DNA of 64,000 nucleotides from an uncultured Spirochaetota bacterium (GTDB taxonomy: Bacteria; Spirochaetota; Spirochaetia; SZUA-6; CAVTHK01): NCBI GenBank assembly GCA_963734495.1, contig CAVTHK010000016.1, positions 264,133 through 328,132 on the forward strand, written 5' to 3'. Shown here piece by piece: positions 52,787 to 64,000 of the stretch. Below the pieces are notes generated by a model. That model was given only the letters and a program-made list of their open reading frames with translations, searched no databases and was not told where the DNA came from. The position numbers and the translations under genes were made by a program. Within the stretch, counting starts at the first letter, position 1. The number at the start of each line of letters is the position of its first letter.

Positions 52787-54434
52787 TCTCGACGCCGCCC
52801 CAGTCCGCGGGGGGCGGCTCGACCTGGTAGCGCTCGCAGCGCTCGGCCAGCACCTGCGAAGCGTAGTCGCCGGGGAGGAACTGCTGCACCTCCTTGAACA
52901 GGACGGCGGCTCGATCGAAGCGCCGCTTGTAGTAGGCGTCCATGGCCGCGTGGTGGATGCCCCACGCCTTCTGCTCGGCCTCCGAAGCCGCGACCTGGGC
53001 GCGAATATCTTGACGCCCTGCTCCTTGCCCTTGACGGCGACGCTGTCGATGAGCCGGCAGGGCACCTTGTCCTTGACGCTCCTGTGGACGCTCGCGGAGA
53101 TCAGCACCGGCTCGTGGTACTTCTTGGTGAGACCCTCGAGCCGGGAGGCGAGGTTCACCATGTCGCCGATGACCGTGTAGTTCATCTTCTGCTCGGTGCC
53201 CATGTTGCCGACCGTGACGACGCCGTAGTTGATGCCGACGCCGATCTGCCACTCCTTCTTGCCGGCCGCGCGCAGCTTTGCGTTGAACGGCTCGAGCCCA
53301 CTCGATCATCTCGAACGCCGGCCATCACGGACTGCAGGGCGTCGTCCGCCCCTTTGACCGGCGTGCCCCAGAACGCCATGATCGCGTCGCCGATGTACTT
53401 GTCCACGATGCCGTTGCGCTTCATGATCGCGTCGACCATCGGCTCGAAGTAGCGGTTGAGCCATTCGACGAGCTCGTCGGAGCTCAGGCCCTCGGAGATC
53501 GTCGTGAAGCCGCGGATGTCCGAGAACAGCAGCGCGAGGATCCGGTCCTCGCCGACGCAGGGCCTGCTCCGGGTTCTTGATGACCGAGTCGATCACGTGC
53601 TGCGGCACGTACGTCTGGAAGATGCTGCGGATCTTCTGCTCGCGCTTGCGGGCCACGACCGCGTCGAAGGCGAAGGTCTTGATCTTGTTGTACGCCTTCT
53701 CGAGCTCGCCCACCATGATGTTGAAGGTGTGCGCCAGCTCGCCCGTCTCGTCGCGGTATTCCACCGGCGACGCGCTCCGTGAGGTCGTTGTAGGTGATGA
53801 TGTCGCGCATCGTCACCACGACCCGGGTCAGAGGGCTCGTGAGGTAGCGGGCGAAGACGACGAGCATGACGATCGCGAGGATCGAGGAGGCCCCCAGGAT
53901 GATCCCGGTCTGGTAGGTGATCCGGTTGACGTCGCTGTAGAACGTGTCGCGCTCGTCCGTGATCATCACGTACCAGCCGAAAGGCTCGAAGAAGAAGCCC
54001 TTGGCCACGCGGCCCTCGCCGTCGAGCCGTAGGTCGGTCTGCAGATCGGTCGTCCGCGATGCGACCAGGCGCTTCACGCCGTCGAGCTCGTCCGGCCTCA
54101 CGGTGAGGTCCGCGGTCTGCATGACCAGGTTCCCGTCCGCGTCAAAGGCGGCGGTCACCTCCGTGGCGCTGCGTGAAACGCTCCGCGCGTAGGCTGCTAC
54201 CGCCTGCTTGGTCGCCGCAACGTACTCCGGCCGCCCGGCGAAGCCGTTCTCGACGAGCAGCTGCCACTGCCCTTCGGCGTACTTGCGGAGCTCGGTGGCC
54301 TTGAAGTCGAGGAACTCGCGGGCGAGCCGGGTGATGCCGTTGGCGGCCGAGGCATACGACGATATGCCGGCGAGCAGCAGGGTGGTGATGATCAGAGGCA
54401 GCACCACCAGCACGATCTTGGCGCGGATTCTCAT
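52770..54434 (-). CDS. Membrane-bound class III adenylate/guanylate cyclase with HAMP domain (multiple frameshifts)
   Basis: Two TMs; [45 protein letters not shown]. Confidence 0.9.
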
Positions 54435-54598
54435 CGGGGACTCACTTCCATTCTCGGACCTCGCGAGGGGCAGGTTTACGGGGCGCGCGGGGCAGAATCG
54501 GGCGGAGCTTCCGCGCGCTGCGGGCACCGCCCGCGGGCCGCGCCAAGCCGGCATTTTCTGCTTGGCGTCACAGGGCGATCAGGATATCATCCGCTGCG

Positions 54599-56133
54599 AT
54601 GGCGGGCCAGCAGGCAAGAGGGGCGAAAGCGCTCGATCGACTCAGGGAGATCCAGCGGGAGACTCAGAACATCGCGTACGCGGCCGCAGTGCTTGGGTGG
54701 GACCAGGAGACGTACATGCCCCCGGCTGCGGTCGAAGGCCGCGCGGAGCAGCTTGCCGTCCTCGAGGGGCTCGTCCACGAGCGCACGGCGGCGCCCGAGG
54801 TCGGCGACCTGCTCGCCTCACTCGGATCGACGGACGCCCGGCCGGAAGGCAAGACCGGCCTCTCGGAGATCGATGCGGCGCTTGTTCGCGAGACGCACCG
54901 CTCCCACCGGCGGGCCACGCGCCTCCCCGGCCGCCTCGTGACGGCGCTGGCCAGGCAGGCCAGCCTTTCGCAGGCCCGCTGGGCCGAGGCGCGGAAGCAG
55001 TCGAGGTTCGATCTCTTCAGCGACTCGCTCGAGGAGATCCTGAAGCTGACGATCGAGAAGGCTGAGTGCCTCGGGTATTCGGGCCACCGCTACGACCCGC
55101 TTCTCGACGAGTTCGAGCCATGGACGACGACACGGGACGTGGCGGACGTCTTCGGCAAGCTGCAGCCGGCGCTCACCGAGCTCACGCGCAGGATCGTTGC
55201 CTCGACGCGGCAGCCGGCCCGGATCGAGGGGTATTTCCCGGTCGCGAGGCAGCGCGAGCTGAGCGACCGGCTCCTCCGCGACATGGGGTTCGATCTGCGA
55301 CGGGGTCGCCTGGACCTGTCGGCTCATCCTTTCTCGACGGCGCTCGGCCACGCGGACACGCGGCTCACCACTAGATTCGATGAGGCGAGCGTGACCAGCG
55401 GCCTCTTCGGGACGATCCACGAGTGCGGGCACGGTCTCTACGAGCAGGGCTTTGATGACCGCCTCGCCGGGACGATCCTGGCCGGCGGAGCTTCGCTCGG
55501 CATCCACGAATCGCAGTCGCGGTTCTGGGAGAACATGGTCGGCAGGAGCGCCGCTTTCTGGCACCGGTACTACCCGGTCCTGCGCGACATGTTCCCGGAC
55601 GCGCTTCTCTCGTCCGGCGCGGACGACTTTGTCCGCTCGGTCAACAGGGTGGAGCCGTCCCTGATCCGCGTCGAAGCGGACGAGGTCACCTACGGCCTGC
55701 ACATCATCCTCAGGTTCAACATCGAAACCAGGCTCGTCGCCGGCGAGCTGCGGGTCGCCGATCTGCCCGGAGGCGTGGGCTTCGCAGTCTCGGAGCCTGC
55801 TCGGGATAGCGCCGCAGTAACGACGCCGAGGGCGTGCTGCAGGACATCCACTGGTCGATGGCCTCCATCGGGTACTTTCCGACCTATGCCCTGGGGAATC
55901 TCTATGCGGGCCAGTTGCGTGAGGCGATGCAGAAGGACCTCGGGGACCTCGGACGCCTGATCGAGATGGGGGAGTTCGCGGTGCTGCTGGGCTGGCTGCG
56001 CGAAAACGTCCACCGCCACGGCCGCGTCTATCGCGCCGGGGAGCTCTGCCGCAGGGTCACCGGCTCGCCTCTCGACGCCCGGCCGTACCTGAGGTATCTG
56101 GAGGAGAAGTTCGCCGCGCTCTATGAGCTTTAG
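54599..56133 (+). CDS. Carboxypeptidase M32 (Taq) family (frameshift at about 55770-55820)
   Basis: HPF, HECGH, HESQS, IRVEADE, LQDIHW, GYFPTY. Confidence 0.92.
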
Positions 56134-56959
56134 CCGAATCCTGCTCTTGCCGCCATACTGGTTCCTCGCAGCTTCGGTCCTGGTCGGCGCGGCCGCGAGC
56201 CGCATCACGAGGCGTTCACGCAGCCGGCGCCCGGACGGACGGCCCGACTCGACGGTCAAATGGGTCCTCGTCTGCGCTTACCTTACGGCCGCCGTGGTGT
56301 TCGCGACGATCGGGCTTCTCGGCCCGTCCGTGCGGGACTACCTGAACACCCCGATGCTGCTGGCCTGCGCGCTGACGGCCGCGGCGGCCTTCCCGGTCTG
56401 CCGATTCCCCAGGGCGGTCGGCGCTCCCGTCGCGGTTCTGGCCGCGGCCTCGGTCGTGCTCGCCGCTCTGCTCCTCAAGTCGGTCGTCGCCTTCACGGGC
56501 GAGACGGAAATAGCCAGGGTGAAGGCTCTCGCCCGCACGGACTCCCGGATGACCCTCGAGGTCGCGCCCGCCGGGGCGCCGCCAGCCGTCGTCGAGATGG
56601 ATGGGAGCTACTTCGCCCCCGTCGTCAGGGTCGTCATCTTCGACGACGCCCTGGTCTTCGTGGGCAGCCGGACGTGGTACCGCTTTGACGGGCTCACCTC
56701 TTTCCGGCTCGAACGGGACGCTGCCGGAACGCGCTTCCGCCAGGCAGGCACGGACTACTATTTCGAGAGGCCGCAGGGCATCTCGGAGCAGTTGTATCGT
56801 CTCTTCGAGCAGTGGGAAGGGGCTATCCCGGGGGTCAAGACCGTGCAGGTCGAGATGGATCTCAAACGGGTCGAGAGTGAGGCCGCCGGCCGGCCGCTCG
56901 ACACCTACTCGATCCGGGTCCAGAACGACGGCGGCGTGCAGATCGTCCGGCTGCCGTAG
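56123..56959 (+). CDS. Hypothetical membrane protein
   Basis: About 4 N-terminal TMs and a soluble beta-rich C-terminus; overlaps the M32 stop. Confidence 0.65.
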   Translation: MSFSRILLLPPYWFLAASVLVGAAASRITRRSRSRRPDGRPDSTVKWVLVCAYLTAAVVFATIGLLGPSVRDYLNTPMLLACALTAAAAFPVCRFPRAVGAPVAVLAAASVVLAALLLKSVVAFTGETEIARVKALARTDSRMTLEVAPAGAPPAVVEMDGSYFAPVVRVVIFDDALVFVGSRTWYRFDGLTSFRLERDAAGTRFRQAGTDYYFERPQGISEQLYRLFEQWEGAIPGVKTVQVEMDLKRVESEAAGRPLDTYSIRVQNDGGVQIVRLP

Positions 56960-57056
56960 TTCCCGGGCGGCGGCCCCGGTTGTCTGGCCGCGGTCCGCCG
57001 CGGCGAGACAACCGGCATGGGCGTGAGCGACGGCCTGTCGAAAGTCCGACCGGTTC

Positions 57057-57923
57057 CTAGACGCCCCGGTCTGTCGATGAGCCGACTCCGACCGCTCCCC
57101 CGCCGGTCCCCGGCGCGACCGGCTTCTTTTCCTTACCGGCTGACAGCCTGTGCGCGATGAGGCCGATCTTCTCGAAGGTCGAGGCAATCAGGATCCCGGC
57201 CACCATGAACTCCAGGTGCCCCAGCCGCTCCAGAGTCAACGGAGAGGGCGCGGAGAACAGCAGACCGTAGGGGATTCCGAAGATCTTCGCCGCGAACAGC
57301 ACCATGATGGCGAAGATCGACGCCTTGCTGAGATAGGAAGTTTCCGGATCCACGTAACGCTGGACGGCGTACAGCAGCGTGTTGCCGACCGCGACTACAC
57401 CCAGCCTCACGACGACGAGCACGAAGAACCACGTCGGAATGAGCGAGTATGAGAGGTAGACGAACAGCGTCGCGGACAGCACCATGTAGTCGCTGAAGGC
57501 ATCGAGGTATCGGCCTATGCGCGTGATCTGGTTGAGCCTGCGGGCAAGCGATCCGTCGATCATGTCGGTGAGGAAGACGAGCACGAGGTAGGGCAGGATC
57601 ACCGGCAGCAGCGGCGCGCGGCGCGCGGACAGGATGAGGAACACGATCGTGGGGAGCGCGCTGAGCCTCGCGAGGGAGAGGACGTTGGACGCGTTGACCC
57701 TCTCCAGCGGGCGGCCGTCGTGGACGAGGACGAAGAGGGGGCGCAGAGCAAAGAGCGCGGCCAGCATCAACACGTGGTAGATCAGAGCCGCCAGGATGAA
57801 CCACGCCGAGCGCCCCGGCGGCATGCGGTAGATCAGCGTACAGGCGCCGATGATCGCCGCCTGGGCCGCAGAGAGGAAGCCGACAGTCCGCAGGATGCCC
57901 GAGGTCAGCGAGCGATGTGCCAT
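57057..57923 (-). CDS. CDP-alcohol phosphatidyltransferase family protein
   Basis: SNVLSLAR; DMIDGSLAR..QITRIGRYLDAFSD. Confidence 0.88.
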   Translation of the reverse strand: MAHRSLTSGILRTVGFLSAAQAAIIGACTLIYRMPPGRSAWFILAALIYHVLMLAALFALRPLFVLVHDGRPLERVNASNVLSLARLSALPTIVFLILSARRAPLLPVILPYLVLVFLTDMIDGSLARRLNQITRIGRYLDAFSDYMVLSATLFVYLSYSLIPTWFFVLVVVRLGVVAVGNTLLYAVQRYVDPETSYLSKASIFAIMVLFAAKIFGIPYGLLFSAPSPLTLERLGHLEFMVAGILIASTFEKIGLIAHRLSAGKEKKPVAPGTGGGAVGVGSSTDRGV

Positions 57924-58097
57924 TTGCGCGACTCTAATGGGCTCCGGATAAGCTGTCAACTCGGGCCGTGTCCGGCCTCACCCGGGGGCGAGAATGTCTC
58001 TGGGGGCCGGGGGCGCCGCACCCCATGCTCGTGGCTGGCGCGACACGCGGCGCGACGCTTGGTTGACAGGCGGGCGGGCGCCCGAGAAGATACTTCG

Positions 58098-58673
58098 ATG
58101 ACAGCAGCCGACCGACTGACGGCAGCCAGGATCGTCCTGTCCCCGGTGTTCTTCGCGATCTTCGCCGCCTCCCAGCTCGGCGGCCCGACGCGGGCGGCGC
58201 TCCTGATCGCGCTCGCTGTTGTCTTTGCCGCGAGCGAGCTGAGCGACGCGCTCGATGGATTCCTTGCGCGCGCGACCGGCAGCGTCTCGGATCTCGGCAA
58301 GGTCCTGGACCCGTTCGCCGATTCCGTGAGCCGGCTCACGTACTTTATCTGCTTCGCGTCGGCAGGCATCATGCCGCTGTGGGCCCTGCTCCTGGTCGTT
58401 TACCGGGACACTGGCGTGGCCTTCGCGCGCCTCCTCGCCGCCCGTGAGGGGCATGTCATGGGCGCGCGGCTTACCGGCAAGCTCAAGGCCTGGGTCTACG
58501 CGGTCGCCGGCATAGCAGGGGTGGTGAGGCTGTGGGCCAGGGGGCTCTTGATTCCCGGCGGAGAGACGACTATACTTATCATCACCAGCGAGTGGTTGTT
58601 CGCAGCCTGTGGGGTTGTTGCTGCAGGCTCTTTGATCGATTATCTCCTCCCAGTGTTGTGCAAGAAGAACTGA
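58098..58673 (+). CDS. pgsA: CDP-diacylglycerol--glycerol-3-phosphate 3-phosphatidyltransferase
   Basis: LTAAR; DALDGFLAR..VSDLGKVLDPFAD; GKLK. Confidence 0.8.
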   Translation: MTAADRLTAARIVLSPVFFAIFAASQLGGPTRAALLIALAVVFAASELSDALDGFLARATGSVSDLGKVLDPFADSVSRLTYFICFASAGIMPLWALLLVVYRDTGVAFARLLAAREGHVMGARLTGKLKAWVYAVAGIAGVVRLWARGLLIPGGETTILIITSEWLFAACGVVAAGSLIDYLLPVLCKKN

Positions 58674-58724
58674 ACGGTCGACCGCAAGAGAACGCGGTGC
58701 GGGAGCAAGCCGCTCTCAGGTGCC

Positions 58725-58754
58725 TTGACAGTCTGAGAGGGTTTGGGGTATATA
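58725..58754 (+). promoter_or_regulatory. rRNA operon promoter
   Basis: TTGACA (58725-30) with TATATA (58749-54) 18 bp downstream. Confidence 0.55.
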
Positions 58755-58841
58755 GGGCGTCCGTGCCCGGAGCCGGCTTGGGCTGGGGCGCGGGGCTGGG
58801 TTTTGCGGCGAGAGGCTGCGGGATCCGGCGGTGGATGGAGA

Positions 58842-58852
58842 GATCTTTGACA
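58842..58852 (+). promoter_or_regulatory. boxA-like antitermination element (leader)
   Basis: GATCTTTGACA, repeated as GTTCTTTGACA in the spacer. Leader 58856-58878 pairs with spacer 60627-60649 (processing stem). Confidence 0.6.
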
Positions 58853-58981
58853 GGTAAGAGGGAAGGGGAGTAGTGGGGAGAGGGGAGATCCACGGAAGGG
58901 TGGATTTCTCGAGATGCCCGTTGGTTCTTTTGGGATCGATCGCTGTGGGTATGATGCTGTCCCTTCGGGGACAGCAATTAT

Positions 58982-60536
<1,555 letters not shown>

Positions 60537-60709
60537 TAGAGAAAGCTGTTTCGAGAACCGGTAAAACGGACATCAGCGGAGTCCGTTTCTTCCGTCCTCC
60601 CCCTGGAGTGCCCCAAAGGCTCTCCACCCCATTACTCCCCTCCCTCTTTCTTGTGTCTTCGCGGAGCTGAGGCGTGCGCGCTCGATGCAGGTCGCTCCGC
60701 GGGGGCCCG

Positions 60710-60783
60710 CGGGGTATAGCTCAGCTGGCTAGAGCGATGGCTTTGCAAGCCATAGGGCTGGGGTTCGAATCCCCATACCTCCA
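60710..60783 (+). tRNA. tRNA-Ala(TGC) in the rRNA spacer
   Basis: atggc ttTGCaa gccat anticodon arm; GGTTCGAATC T-loop; 5' G-run appears one base short. Confidence 0.93.
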
Positions 60784-60907
60784 GCGACGAAAGCCAGCCG
60801 AGCGTTGGCTCGCCGGGGCGATGCGTCAGGCGTGCTGAATGCGCGCGCGCCGGATCGCCGCTGACACCCATGAGATGCTGGACTCCCTGCGGGGGATTCG
60901 TGGACTT

Positions 60908-60918
60908 GTTCTTTGACA
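60908..60918 (+). promoter_or_regulatory. boxA-like element (spacer)
   Basis: GTTCTTTGACA upstream of the 23S gene. Confidence 0.6.
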
Positions 60919-60994
60919 GGTGCGAGGCTGGTGTTAGGCGTGCTGGAGAGACGAGTGATGCTCAGCCGTAAGGGAAGGGGACAAGAGTTAATAT

Positions 60995-63992
<2,998 letters not shown>

Positions 63993-64000
63993 TATTATCT

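Noticed and set aside
11400-56000. Many frameshifted genes suggesting mass pseudogenisation or programmed frameshifting
   Set aside because: Essential proS and thrS are hit repeatedly, the lesions are small indels without nonsense decay, and no consistent slippery motif is present. Unpolished long-read error fits best; read polishing would settle it.
60710-60716. Unusual C1:C72 mismatch in tRNA-Ala
   Set aside because: One G missing from a G-run is the expected homopolymer error in this assembly.

Overview
High-GC Spirochaetota chromosomal window; the taxon call rests on 16S signatures and spirochete-type genes. Layout: (i) 1-5.7 kb, the edge of a lower-GC accessory island. It holds an HNH nuclease, an AbiJ-like protein, a PD-(D/E)XK-like nuclease, a Sel1-repeat/amino-acid-binding-protein fusion, a small RHH + Cys-rich gene pair and a candidate structured RNA. 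(ii) 5.8-26.7 kb, small metabolic genes plus tRNA-Gln, mfd, metF, yidD, rpmG, xth and an unannotated 56-aa ORF resembling the spirochete ribosomal protein bL38. (iii) 26.8-47.3 kb, a carbohydrate locus with two GHL6-like enzymes, a sugar isomerase, two export-type ABC systems and a sugar-import ABC system. (iv) 47.4-58.7 kb, proS, PAS/HD-GYP, thrS, an adenylate cyclase, an M32 peptidase and two CDP-alcohol phosphatidyltransferases. (v) 58.7-64 kb, a 16S-tRNA-Ala-23S rRNA operon. Many genes, including essential proS and thrS, carry small frameshifting indels, most likely unpolished long-read errors, so coordinates of split genes are approximate. Many genes look leaderless. All product calls come from motif recognition, not database searches.
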